Below, one piece after another: positions 48,922-58,527 of a stretch of DNA of 64,000 nucleotides. Source of the DNA: Candidatus Latescibacterota bacterium (GTDB lineage: Bacteria > Latescibacterota > UBA2968 > UBA8231); the NCBI GenBank assembly GCA_965206595.1, contig OZ242214.1, forward strand, positions 5,536,001 to 5,600,000. The letters run 5' to 3'. Within the stretch, counting starts at the first letter, position 1. Each line of letters starts with the position of its first letter. Made by a program: the position numbers and the translations under genes. The notes beneath the pieces were generated by a model. That model worked only from the letters and a program-made list of their open reading frames with translations. It was not told the DNA's origin and did no database searches.

Positions 48922-50652
48922 ATGGACCGCAGCGTTGCGGGGTGGCTGACGGTCATCCTTGCAGTGGGCTTCTGCCTGCGTCTGCTGGGAATCGATTTCG
49001 GTCTGCCCAACCCCAACTGCCGGCCGGACGAAGGGGTGCTCGTAAAAAAAGCGCTCGCCGTCGCCGGGGGCGATCTCAATCCCCACTTCTTCCACTACCC
49101 AAGCTTTCACATCTACACCCTTGCGGCCCTCTTCGGCGCCTGCTACGCGGGCGGCTGGCTCGCCGGCCTTTTTTCCACGCCGCAGGATTTCCTTCTGCAG
49201 TATTTCCTCGACCCCTCCGGCCTCTACCTGGCCGGCCGCATGTTCGGGGCGCTCCTGGGCACGGCCTCCGTTTACCTCGTGTACCTTGTCGGCAGACAGG
49301 CTGGCGGTGATCGGGCCGGGCTCACGAGCGCAGCCTTCTTGTCGGTCGCCTTTCTGCACGTGCGGGATTCGCACTACCTCACGGTCGATGTCCCGGCCAC
49401 CTTCTACATTCTCCTCGCTGCGGTTCTGCTGCAGCGGTTTCTGCAAACGGGAGGAGCAGGATGGCTGGCGACTTCCGCCCTGTTTTCCGGGATCGCGATT
49501 TCGACGAAGTACAACGCCGCGATCATCATGGCGGCGTTCGCGGGCTATCTCTGCGCCAGGGCGCTCGCCCATCGCAGGTCCAGTCAACAGCCCGGCGACC
49601 GTTCCCGCCCTCCCGTCTCGTTTCGGCACGCCGCCGCTTTCGCGGCCGTGACAGCCGGTGCCGCGGCGCTGGGCACCCCCTACGCCTTCCTCGATTTCTA
49701 CAGCTTTGCAGCCGACGTCATGGCGGAGAGGGAGCACTTCGCCACAGGTCACGGGCTGGATCTCGGTCGCGGCTGGACCTACCACGCGGCGACCACGCTG
49801 CCGGCTGCTCTCGGATGGCCCCTGTACGTGGCCGCTCTCGCAGGCTGTGTCGCGCTCCTTCGGGCCGGAGGGGCGCCCGCCATGCTCGTAGTGGCGGCGG
49901 TTCTCTACTACGCCGTCGCCGGCGCCGGAAAGACCGTGTTCTTCCGTTACATGCTGCCGCTGGTTCCGTTCCTGTGCGTGGCCGCGGCCTGTGGCCTCGA
50001 GCGGCTGTTCGCGGTCGTGCGGATGCGCGCACTCTGGAGAACCGCAGTCCTTCTCCTCCTCGCGGCGCCCTCGCTGTACGCCTCGGTCTGGCTGGGTATC
50101 CTGCTGCAGCGGACGGACACCCGCCTGCTCGCTGCCGAATGGATCGAGGCTCATGTTCCTGCCGGCAGTAGGATCGCCCTGGTGGGAAGCGACTTCGGGT
50201 ACCCGCGCCTGCATCCCGGCAGGGAGTGGCTGCGGCAGCAGCACGAGGATCTCCGCCGCGCCGGGCTGCCGGCGAAGTCACTGGCTCTGCAACTGCAGTA
50301 CGGGTTGTATCCTCCCAGTCCGAGCTACCACCTGCTCTCCGTTCTACCCGAGGACCCGCTTTCGCTGAGAAACAGGCTCGTCGATGCCTCTCCCGCGCAG
50401 CTGCTCGATTCGGGGGTGAACTGGGTCGTGACGCAGCGCCACCCGCTGCCCATTTCCCAGGTCGATCCGGAATTCGCCGAGCAGTTGCGGCGGCATGGGG
50501 AGGCAGTAGCGCATTTCACCTCCATGCGGGACAGCTCCCGGATGGCATTCGAAAGGACGGACGCGTTCTTCGTTCCTTACGCGGGGTTCGACCAAGTCGA
50601 CCGTCCCGGACCGGAGCTGACCATCCACAAGCTGGGCACGGCAGCCGATTGA
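48922..50652 (+). CDS. GT-C membrane glycosyltransferase (ArnT/PMT_2, GT39/83-like)
   Basis: RPDE acidic motif after TM1, NPHFFHYP, STKYN and FFRYMLP; many TM segments. Confidence 0.85.
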   Translation: MDRSVAGWLTVILAVGFCLRLLGIDFGLPNPNCRPDEGVLVKKALAVAGGDLNPHFFHYPSFHIYTLAALFGACYAGGWLAGLFSTPQDFLLQYFLDPSGLYLAGRMFGALLGTASVYLVYLVGRQAGGDRAGLTSAAFLSVAFLHVRDSHYLTVDVPATFYILLAAVLLQRFLQTGGAGWLATSALFSGIAISTKYNAAIIMAAFAGYLCARALAHRRSSQQPGDRSRPPVSFRHAAAFAAVTAGAAALGTPYAFLDFYSFAADVMAEREHFATGHGLDLGRGWTYHAATTLPAALGWPLYVAALAGCVALLRAGGAPAMLVVAAVLYYAVAGAGKTVFFRYMLPLVPFLCVAAACGLERLFAVVRMRALWRTAVLLLLAAPSLYASVWLGILLQRTDTRLLAAEWIEAHVPAGSRIALVGSDFGYPRLHPGREWLRQQHEDLRRAGLPAKSLALQLQYGLYPPSPSYHLLSVLPEDPLSLRNRLVDASPAQLLDSGVNWVVTQRHPLPISQVDPEFAEQLRRHGEAVAHFTSMRDSSRMAFERTDAFFVPYAGFDQVDRPGPELTIHKLGTAAD

Positions 50653-50769
50653 ACGGCGCCGGGGAACAAGCCGGCGCTCTTTGATTGATCGTGAATTCCC
50701 TTCGGGGCGATGGAATACCAGCTGCCGGCAGGTTGTTTCAGGGGAAGCCGGAGCGCACTTTTCCCGGGT

Positions 50770-51609
50770 ATGAGCGATCGTTCTGAAACGAGCTGGACTC
50801 CCGCGATGCCGGACGTCGATTCGGTGTTCGCACAGTACCCCGATCCGTTGCGCGCCCTTTCAGAAGCGGAGATTCCCGCCATTCTGCTGCCCCGGGTGTA
50901 TCCCCGGGAGGAGTGCGACGGTCTGATCGGGCGATTTGTCGAGCGCAACCTGATGAAGGGCCCGGACGATTTCCGGCCGGGTGACCGGACGCGCATCGAC
51001 ATCGGTACCAGCCTCGGCAATCGGGGCAACGACCGCGAAGGGTTCCTCGCCAGCTCGGCGGCCACTCACGAGCTGTTCTCCACCCTGTTCGACGGCTTCG
51101 ATAACCCGGTACAGCTGATTTACGATTACCTGCAGCGGCTCGGCCGCGGCAAGAAGGTGATGACCGCCCGGGAGCCGGACGGGAGGCGCTACGGGCCGGC
51201 GATCTTCCGCATTCACTACGAATCGCACAGCTACAAACCCCACATCGATCACGTCACCCTGCGTGAAAAGCGGTTCGACTACGCCGTTACCCGCTTCGAG
51301 CACCAGTTCGCCGGCGTGCTCTGCCTGCAGAATGCAACGCGCGCTGCGCAAACCACTCAGGCGCTGCTGCACCGCTGTCTCTGGAGCGGGGAGGTGCAGC
51401 CGCACATCGAGCAGGGAACCTTCCCCGAGTACGCCGCGGTCCACCGGGTGCAGAACTACCGGGTCGATCTCGGTGCGGGAGACCTGTACTTCTTCAACAC
51501 CCGCTGCATCCACGAGGTCCCGCCCGTGGTCGGCAGCGATCCGCGCATCGTCCTCGCCGTGTTCATCGGCTACTCCCCGGACGATCCCGAGATCTTCGTC
51601 TGGTCCTAA
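50770..51609 (+). CDS. Fe(II)/2-oxoglutarate-dependent dioxygenase
   Basis: PHID...GDLYFFNTRCIHEV...R (HxD...H facial triad). Start is uncertain. Confidence 0.75.
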   Translation: MSDRSETSWTPAMPDVDSVFAQYPDPLRALSEAEIPAILLPRVYPREECDGLIGRFVERNLMKGPDDFRPGDRTRIDIGTSLGNRGNDREGFLASSAATHELFSTLFDGFDNPVQLIYDYLQRLGRGKKVMTAREPDGRRYGPAIFRIHYESHSYKPHIDHVTLREKRFDYAVTRFEHQFAGVLCLQNATRAAQTTQALLHRCLWSGEVQPHIEQGTFPEYAAVHRVQNYRVDLGAGDLYFFNTRCIHEVPPVVGSDPRIVLAVFIGYSPDDPEIFVWS

Positions 51610-51860
51610 GCCCAGTGGGGCAATCCCGGCGCCCGGGCGGCGGTAGTCCGGCATGCCAATTTCTGGGACAGAACGCACGTCGTTTTATTCTAAGACGCAT
51701 AAAAAACAGCAGTTTGCGGTGCCCTTCCGAACAACCCCCGGTAACGCTGCTGCGGTTGCCGGGTGCGGAGAGGCTGCCTATCTTTGGTGACTCTGAACGC
51801 TTGGCCGCGGGCAGATAGCCTTGGTGCGAGCGCTCCAAACATGACGGAGAACAGGTTCCG

Positions 51861-52295
51861 ATGCCCAATTTCAGCGTCGAAATTCATGACGACGAGCATT
51901 TCGAAAAGGCGCTGCGGCGCTTTACGGTCAAGACCAAGAAGTGCGGCCTGATGCGCGATCTGAAGCGCAAACGGTACTATACCAAACCGTCGGCGCAGAA
52001 GAAGATCGATCGCCAGAAGAACATCAGGAGGCAGAAGAAGGCCGAAAGGTTGGCTGAGCTGGCAGCTGCCGGGATCGACCGTCGCAGCATGCGGGGTGGC
52101 CGGGGAAGGGGCCGAGGCGGTTATGGCAGTGGCAGCGGCGGCGGGTATGGCAGTGGCAGCGGTGGCGGGTATGGCAGTGGCAGTGGCGGCGGGTATGGCA
52201 GTGGCGGCGGCGGCGGGTATGGCAGTGGCAGTGGCGGCGGGTATGGCAGTGGCGGCGGCGGCGGGTATGGCGGCGGTGGAGGCCGCGGTCGTTAG
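51861..52295 (+). CDS. rpsU: 30S ribosomal protein bS21 with a C-terminal Gly/Tyr/Ser-rich and RGG extension
   Basis: EHFEKALRRF..K....GLMRDLKRKRYYTKPS is the bS21 signature; followed by RGGRGRG(GGYGSGSG-like)x7 RGR. Confidence 0.88.
   Translation: MPNFSVEIHDDEHFEKALRRFTVKTKKCGLMRDLKRKRYYTKPSAQKKIDRQKNIRRQKKAERLAELAAAGIDRRSMRGGRGRGRGGYGSGSGGGYGSGSGGGYGSGSGGGYGSGGGGGYGSGSGGGYGSGGGGGYGGGGGRGR
52116..52283 (+). repeat. Seven tandem 24-nt units encoding GGYG(S/G)G(S/G)G
   Basis: Consensus GGCGGGTATGGCAGTGGCAGTGGC repeated in frame. Confidence 0.92.
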
Positions 52296-53407
52296 GCCGG
52301 CTCTCCGCTGATCAGGGACATCAGCTCCACCCCGATAAACCGGTTCCGCCAGCCGCGCAGCAGCGCGTGCCGTTCTTCAGTCGCCTGCTCGCCATCCCTG
52401 ACCAGCGCCCTTACTTCCGAGCGCGTCGCCACCAGCGCGTGATCGATCCCCTTGTCGGCGCTCCGCTTTTCCAGAAGTTCGATCACGGCTTTGCTGCGCG
52501 CGGCGAAGGTTTTTTCGTAACGCGACCGCGGGTTCCCGTCGGGCAGCTCTTCCTCAGGAATCTCCAGTCCCGCTTTCACTGCGTCGACAACGGCTGTTCC
52601 GTGGCGGTGCAGGCGTTTGTCCCTGAACCGCAACAGTTCCCCGGTGCCGGCCGGCTTGCACTGCGCAAGCAGTAGCAGCGTCCGGTCGGACATCACCCAT
52701 CCTCGCGGCCGGTTGACTGCCCGCGCCTCGCACTCCCTCCAGGCAGTCAGCTCCCGCAGGACCGCAAGCTCTCGGCGCGAAAGCCGCCCCCGTCCCTTGA
52801 TCCGCTCGAACTGACCGCGGGGCTCGCGTTCCTCGTAAAGGCTCTCGTCGTCGAGGGCTGCCATATCCTCGCACATCCAGCTCTCGACGCCGCGCTCCCG
52901 CGCCCGGCGCAGGAGTTCCCGGTGCGCCGCGTGCAGAAAACGCACATCGTCGAGGGCGTAGCCGATCTGGGTTTCGCTCAGCGGCCGGCGCAGCCAGTCG
53001 GTCCGCGTCTCGGTCTTGTGCAGGTCGACCTCGACCAGCTCGACGAGCAGGTCGCGCAGTGAGATCGTCGAGGAGAGGCCGGCGAAACCTGCGGCGACGC
53101 GGGTGTCGAAGATGTTGCGCGGCGACACGCCGCTGGCGCGCCTGAGTATCGACAGGTCCTGGACGGCGTCGTGCAGGATTTTCGTGACCTTCGCATCCTC
53201 CAGCAGCTGTCCGAGGGCAGCGAGGTCGACGGCCGTGGCGTCGATCAGGTGAAGGTCGCTGTCAGAAAGGGCGAGCTGGACGATTCCGAGGTGTGGGTAG
53301 TAGGTGCGTTCCCAGACCAGTTCGGTGTCGAGCGCGACCAGGGGTTGCCGCCCGGCACGATCGACGAGTGCCGCCAGTTCCGCTTGCGAATCGATGAGCG
53401 CTGACAA
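52292..53407 (-). CDS. rnd: Ribonuclease D (DEDDy exonuclease plus HRDC)
   Basis: ALDTE, KILHDAVQD, IFDTRVAA, TDWLRRPLS...YALDDV and HRDC (LTAWRECEARAVNRP). Confidence 0.92.
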   Translation of the reverse strand: MSALIDSQAELAALVDRAGRQPLVALDTELVWERTYYPHLGIVQLALSDSDLHLIDATAVDLAALGQLLEDAKVTKILHDAVQDLSILRRASGVSPRNIFDTRVAAGFAGLSSTISLRDLLVELVEVDLHKTETRTDWLRRPLSETQIGYALDDVRFLHAAHRELLRRARERGVESWMCEDMAALDDESLYEEREPRGQFERIKGRGRLSRRELAVLRELTAWRECEARAVNRPRGWVMSDRTLLLLAQCKPAGTGELLRFRDKRLHRHGTAVVDAVKAGLEIPEEELPDGNPRSRYEKTFAARSKAVIELLEKRSADKGIDHALVATRSEVRALVRDGEQATEERHALLRGWRNRFIGVELMSLISGEPA

Positions 53408-53422
53408 AGTTTGAGTTGGCGG

Positions 53423-54265
53423 CTAGTTCGCTGTTTCCCGAAGCCGTCCCGCGTCGTCCAGCTCGGGACGGTCGAGGCGCCTGTGGTAGGGGGGCTCGAG
53501 AATGGCCCGCTGTTCCGGTGTCATTCCCTCCAGCATCTGCTCGGGCCAGGGCATGTACCCCGTCGCGTAGGCGAGGTTGGCGGGGGTGTAGCGGTACAAC
53601 AGGGAGCGGCGCTCGCGCTCGGAGCGCCAGGGCAGGGTGCCGTGGGTCACCGCTTCGGTGAAGATGACGATGTCGCCGGCGCCGCAGCTGATCGGACGCA
53701 CGATTTCCCGGCGACGGTGCCACAGCTTGATCGGCCGCGGGCAGGCGAAGTTGGCCTTGTGACTGCCGGGGATGAGGCAGAGTCCGCCGTCCCCTTCCTC
53801 GACGTCCGACAACTGCCAGGCAACGACCGTCAGGCCGTTGTGCATCTGCCCGTCGCGGTAGATGTAGTACTGATTGGGGTCGAAATGCGGGCCGGAGGAA
53901 CCGTGCAAGGTGTGCCCCTCGGCTCCCTTGCGCATGGTGATGAGGCCGGGGCTGTGATCCATGCGGAACCCGGGACCGACGATCTGGTTGAGATAGGGCA
54001 CGATGCGAGGGTGGGACAGCATGTGGCGAAACACGTTGCGCCAAGGTTCCTCCCAGCCCAGCATGCCGCCGAGATCGCCGCGGCCCGTCGTTCCCTTGAG
54101 GCTCGTCGATTCACCCGACAGCGACAGGTCCCCGAGGCGGATGTTGATGGCGTCCGCGTGGTGGTCGATCGCGGTGTTGGCGGCGGCTACTTCGGCAGCC
54201 GTCAGCACCTGCTCCACTACGAGGTAGCCGTTGAGATCGAACAGGTACAGCTCTTCTTCGTTCAT
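53423..54265 (-). CDS. Phytanoyl-CoA dioxygenase (PhyH)-family protein
   Basis: FDLNGYLVV, GGLCLIPGSHK and AGDIVIFTEAVTHG..W....RR. Confidence 0.85.
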   Translation of the reverse strand: MNEEELYLFDLNGYLVVEQVLTAAEVAAANTAIDHHADAINIRLGDLSLSGESTSLKGTTGRGDLGGMLGWEEPWRNVFRHMLSHPRIVPYLNQIVGPGFRMDHSPGLITMRKGAEGHTLHGSSGPHFDPNQYYIYRDGQMHNGLTVVAWQLSDVEEGDGGLCLIPGSHKANFACPRPIKLWHRRREIVRPISCGAGDIVIFTEAVTHGTLPWRSERERRSLLYRYTPANLAYATGYMPWPEQMLEGMTPEQRAILEPPYHRRLDRPELDDAGRLRETAN

Positions 54266-54553
54266 GGCGGCTCGGTTCCCGACCGACAAGATATCCCCCT
54301 GCCCTTCAGGCGGCCAGGGGGAACCGGTCTGCCTGCCAGCCGTCAAGGTGCCGGTCAATTACTACCTGAGGGTCAGGGATGCGGCATGGCGAAATCAGGC
54401 TGCACCCCGGCATCGCCTACCTCGAGATCAATACCCCGCCGAACCTGCTGCAGGCGCAGGAACCCCCGGGGGAGATGAGGAAGCTCCTGGATCCGGAATG
54501 ACCCTGGGCCGGATCTGCTGCCGACGGAGAAACCGGACTGATCCAGAGGCCTG

Positions 54554-54922
54554 TCAGCCTTCCAGGGAGCGGAACGGCGCCTTGTTGACGTACTCCTCGA
54601 CGACCTTGCCCCCCACGAGGTGCTCGGTGATGATGCGCTCGAGCTTCTCCACGGTCATGCCGTAGTACCACACACCTTCCGGATAGACCACCACCGTGGG
54701 GCCGCGTTCGCAGACGCGCAGGCAGTCCGCCTTGGTGCGGTGGATTCCCCCATTTCGCGGGTCGCCGAGACCGAGCTCCCGCAGCCGTGTCTTGAGGTAG
54801 TCCCAGCACTTTGCGCCGGTGTCGTCGGAGTGGCACTTCGGCTTGGTCGGGGTCGCGCACAGGAAAATGTGGTGCTTGATCTCGACCTGTTCGACTTCGG
54901 GTAGTTGGGTCGGCTCGCTCAT
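54554..54922 (-). CDS. Thioredoxin-like [2Fe-2S] ferredoxin
   Basis: HIFLC...C...[20 protein letters not shown]. Confidence 0.88.
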   Translation of the reverse strand: MSEPTQLPEVEQVEIKHHIFLCATPTKPKCHSDDTGAKCWDYLKTRLRELGLGDPRNGGIHRTKADCLRVCERGPTVVVYPEGVWYYGMTVEKLERIITEHLVGGKVVEEYVNKAPFRSLEG

Positions 54923-55005
54923 CCGGTCCTTCCGTTTCCGTCGGTTTTCAGCGCGTATGAAGTTGCTCTGCAGGCGGTAGCCCGAGTGAACTTTTCAACG
55001 GGCTG

Positions 55006-56361
55006 TTATGGTTTCCACTCTTCATGCAGGGGGCGGTGCGTGAACCTTCGCCCCTTGCCTTCGTAATCGTCGACGATCTGCCCGTTTCCTTCGAGGATGT
55101 ACTTGTAGGAGGTCAGCCCTTCCAGCCCGACCGGGCCGCGGCTGTGCAGCCGCCCGGTGCTGATCCCGATCTCGGCGCCCAGGCCGTACCGGAAGCCGTC
55201 GGCAAAGCGGGTGGAGGCGTTGCGGCAGACCGAGGCGGAGTCGACGCTGCTCAGAAACAGGCGGGCCGCTTCGTCGTCCTCGGTGACGATGGCGTCGGTG
55301 TGGTGGCTGCCGTATTCGTTGATGTGATCGATCGCCTCGCGTACCGAGTCGACGACTTTCACCGCCAGCACCAGGTCGAGGTACTCCGTCGACCAGTCCG
55401 CCTCGGTGGCCGGGGTGACCGCTCCGCTGGCCCCGGCGAGCTCCAGGGTGCGCTCGTCGCCGCGAATCGCCACGCCCGTTTCGATCAGCGCGGGGACCGT
55501 GCGCGCGAAGAGGCGCTCGGCAATGCCGGTGTGAACGAGCAGGGTTTCGATGGCGTTGCAGACGGCGACGTACTGGGTTTTCGCGTCGACCGTTATCCGC
55601 ACCGCCTTGTCGAGATCCGCCGCCCTGTCGACGTAGACGTGGCAGATTCCGTCGGCGTGCCCCATGACCGGGATGTTGGTGTTGTTCATGATGTGCTGAA
55701 CGAACCGGTTGCTGCCGCGCGGCACGATCAGGTCGATCGACTCCTCCTGGCCGAGCAGCACCGAGACGTCCTCGCGGGTCTCCATCAGGGTGATCCAGCC
55801 TTCGGGAATACCGGCGCGGCGGGTGGCGCGCGCGATGCATCGCGCCAGGGCGGCGTTGGTTTCGGCCGCTTCCCGCCCCCCCTTGAGAAGCACGGCGTTG
55901 CCCGACTTCAGGCAGAGCGAGGCGATCTGCACCAGGGCGTCCGGCCGCGATTCGAAGATTACCCCGAGGACGCCGATCGGCACGGTGACCCGGAACAGGC
56001 GCAGCCCCTCGTCCAGCTCGCAGGCGTTCTGAGTCGCCCCCAGCGGGTCCTGCTGCGCGAGCACGCTGCGAACCATTTCCACGGTGGCGTCGAACTTGCC
56101 GCCGCCCAGGCCGAGCCGCTTGAGTAGCGGTTCATCCAGTTCCCCGGCGGCGACCAGCGCCGTCCCGTTCTCCAGGTCGGCGGCATTGGCGGCCAGGATC
56201 TGCTCTTTCTCGGCAAGCATCTGCTCGGCGATGGCGGCGATGGCGGCGTCCCGGGTGGGGGCCGAGGTCACGGCCAGGGCACGTGCCGCAACGCGCGCCG
56301 CGCGTGCGCGCTCGGCGACGTCGCCGCCGACCACGTCGACAGCGGCCGCTGCCGCGGTCAC
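55006..56361 (-). CDS. proA: Gamma-glutamyl phosphate reductase
   Basis: GTG overlaps the htpG stop; PIGVLGVIFESRP, VCNAIET, NASTRFADG and GAEIGIST..LHSRGPVGL. Confidence 0.95.
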   Translation of the reverse strand: MTAAAAAVDVVGGDVAERARAARVAARALAVTSAPTRDAAIAAIAEQMLAEKEQILAANAADLENGTALVAAGELDEPLLKRLGLGGGKFDATVEMVRSVLAQQDPLGATQNACELDEGLRLFRVTVPIGVLGVIFESRPDALVQIASLCLKSGNAVLLKGGREAAETNAALARCIARATRRAGIPEGWITLMETREDVSVLLGQEESIDLIVPRGSNRFVQHIMNNTNIPVMGHADGICHVYVDRAADLDKAVRITVDAKTQYVAVCNAIETLLVHTGIAERLFARTVPALIETGVAIRGDERTLELAGASGAVTPATEADWSTEYLDLVLAVKVVDSVREAIDHINEYGSHHTDAIVTEDDEAARLFLSSVDSASVCRNASTRFADGFRYGLGAEIGISTGRLHSRGPVGLEGLTSYKYILEGNGQIVDDYEGKGRRFTHRPLHEEWKP

Positions 56362-58292
56362 GGTGACTCCTCCTTCAGCACCGACCCGGTCGCCAGGGTC
56401 ATCATCTTCTGAATCGTCCCCACCACCCGCTGCGGATCCTCGACGGTGCCCTCGGCGATCAGCACGTAGTCCACCAGGAAGTCCGCCCACTCCCTGAGCT
56501 GCTCCGACTCCCGGTGCTTCAGCAGCATTTCCCCCAGGTTGGCGATCGCCGGGTGTCGCGGGTTGATCTCGAGTACCCGCTTGGAGGGGGAGAAGCTGTC
56601 GTCGGCCATCTGCATCATCCGCTCCATCGTCTGACTCATCCCGCCCCTGGGGGTGACCAGCACACAGGGGCTGTCGGTCAGGCGCTGCGACTCCTTGACG
56701 TCGCCGACGCGGTTCTCCAGCTCCTTCTTGAGGAAGCTGACCAGCTCGATGGTGCGCTCCCTGTTCTCCTCCACTCCTTCGAGCTTCACCTCTTGCGACA
56801 GCTCGAGATCCTCGGCGTCGACGGCCTGGAACTTTTTGCCGTCGAACTCCTGCAGCGAGCCCACCACCCACTCGTCGACCGGGTCGGTCGTGTACACGAC
56901 CTCTAGGTCGCGCTTGCGGAAGGCCTCCAGCAGCGGGCTCTGCTCCACCGCCTCCCGGCTTTCGCCGCTCAGGTAGTAGATCACCTCCTGGTCGGAGGCC
57001 ATGCGGTCGACGTAGTCCTGCAGGGAGATCAGGCCCTCCCCTTTGTCGTCGCCGTCGGCGAGCTTCTGCGAGAAGCTGCTGAGGTAGCGCGCCAGCTTCG
57101 CGATCTGCTCCTTGTTCTCGAAGTCGCGGGCGACGCCCTCCTTCAGCACCATGCCGTAGGATTTCCAGAACGCGAGGTAATCCTCCGGTCTGTTCTTCGC
57201 CGTGTTCTCGAGCAGCGCCAGTACGCGGCGCACCAGCGTCTGCCGGATCCGGGCGACGACGGGATTGTTCTGCAGCGACTCGCGGGCGACGTTGAGAGGC
57301 AGGTCGTCGCAGTCGACGACGCCGCGGACGAAGCGCAGGTACAGGGGCAGCAGGTCGTTGCAGTCGTCCTGGATGAACACGCGGCGGACGTGCAGGTTGA
57401 CGGAGACCTTCGGCTCCGGCGCGAACAGCATCTCGAGCGGCGACTGCCTGGGGATGTAGAGGATGGCGTAGAACTGGATCGGCACGTCGACGGCGACGTG
57501 CTCCCAGGTGATCGGCTCCTGGTGGTCGCCGGTCAGGTGAGTGTAGAACTCCTTGTACTGCTCGTCGGTGATCTCGCTGCGCGCCCGCGCCCACAGGGCC
57601 GAGGCCTCGTTCGCCTGCTTGCCGGCGACCTTGATCGGGTAGGCGACGAAGTCGGAGTGCTTGCGGATCACCGCCTCGAGCCGGTGGGCGTCGAGGTACT
57701 CCTCGCAGTCGCCGCGCACGTACACCTTGATTTCGGTGCCGCGGTCCTTCTTGTCCCCCGTGGTGGCGATGGTGTAGCTGCCGCTTCCGGTCGATTCCCA
57801 GATCACCGCTTCCGCTTCCGGGTCGGCCGACCGGGTGGTCACCACCACCCGCTCCGCAACCATGAAGACCGAGTAGAAGCCGACGCCGAACTGGCCGATC
57901 AGCTGCAGCTTGTCCTTGTCGTCCTCGCTTTCTCCCAGTTCCCTGATTAACTCCGCGGAACCGGAGCGCGCGATGGTGCCGAGGTTGGCGGTGATCTCGT
58001 CGCGGGTCATGCCGATGCCGGTATCCCTGATCGTCAGGGTCTTGGCGCCGGTGTCGACCGACAGCTCGATCTGCAGCTCGGCGTCGGCGTCGACGACGGT
58101 GCGGTCGGTCAGCGAGCGAAAGCGGATCTTGTCGAGGGCGTCGGAAGCGTTGGAGATCAGCTCCCTGAGGAACACGTCCTTTTCGGTGTACAGGGAGTGG
58201 ATGAGGATGCGGAGGACCTGTTGCACCTCGGTCTCGAAAGGGCGTTCCTCGACGTTGGCGTCTTGCGCCGATACAGTGCTGTTCTCGGACAT
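56358..58292 (-). CDS. htpG: Hsp90-family chaperone
   Basis: FLRELISNASDA, DTGIGM, IGQFGVGFYS and LPLNVARE. Confidence 0.96.
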   Translation of the reverse strand: MSENSTVSAQDANVEERPFETEVQQVLRILIHSLYTEKDVFLRELISNASDALDKIRFRSLTDRTVVDADAELQIELSVDTGAKTLTIRDTGIGMTRDEITANLGTIARSGSAELIRELGESEDDKDKLQLIGQFGVGFYSVFMVAERVVVTTRSADPEAEAVIWESTGSGSYTIATTGDKKDRGTEIKVYVRGDCEEYLDAHRLEAVIRKHSDFVAYPIKVAGKQANEASALWARARSEITDEQYKEFYTHLTGDHQEPITWEHVAVDVPIQFYAILYIPRQSPLEMLFAPEPKVSVNLHVRRVFIQDDCNDLLPLYLRFVRGVVDCDDLPLNVARESLQNNPVVARIRQTLVRRVLALLENTAKNRPEDYLAFWKSYGMVLKEGVARDFENKEQIAKLARYLSSFSQKLADGDDKGEGLISLQDYVDRMASDQEVIYYLSGESREAVEQSPLLEAFRKRDLEVVYTTDPVDEWVVGSLQEFDGKKFQAVDAEDLELSQEVKLEGVEENRERTIELVSFLKKELENRVGDVKESQRLTDSPCVLVTPRGGMSQTMERMMQMADDSFSPSKRVLEINPRHPAIANLGEMLLKHRESEQLREWADFLVDYVLIAEGTVEDPQRVVGTIQKMMTLATGSVLKEESP

Positions 58293-58527
58293 TTATTCTA
58301 TTGGCTCCGTGAAGCTGTTGAGCGGGAATACAGGCTGGCCGTTCGGCTTGGCAAAGAGAAAAAATGTAGGGAAGGGTGACCTCTCCGTAAATGCCGAACT
58401 GCTGTATCTCCTTGATCTGCCCGCAGTTAGCGCCGCAGAGAAGTGGGGCTGGGGATCGCCGCCGGGGCGGTCATCTGCGTCGAGGACCTCGAGGAGATGC
58501 CTCCGGCTTTTGCAGGAGGCGCCCGAC

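Noticed and set aside
50770-51609. WelO5-like halogenase
   Set aside because: It keeps the HxD (HID) carboxylate ligand expected of a hydroxylase.
52116-52283. CRISPR array
   Set aside because: The 24-nt units are contiguous with no spacers, stay in frame within rpsU, and no cas genes are present.
56362-57594. N-terminal extension making ProA 862 aa
   Set aside because: An alternative frame over htpG. The GTGA overlap at 56358-56361 gives a normal-sized ProA.
58293-58527. CIRCE or CtsR heat-shock operators near htpG (and before mcsA/clpC)
   Set aside because: No TTAGCACTC-N9-GAGTGCTAA or tandem GGTCAAA heptads were found.
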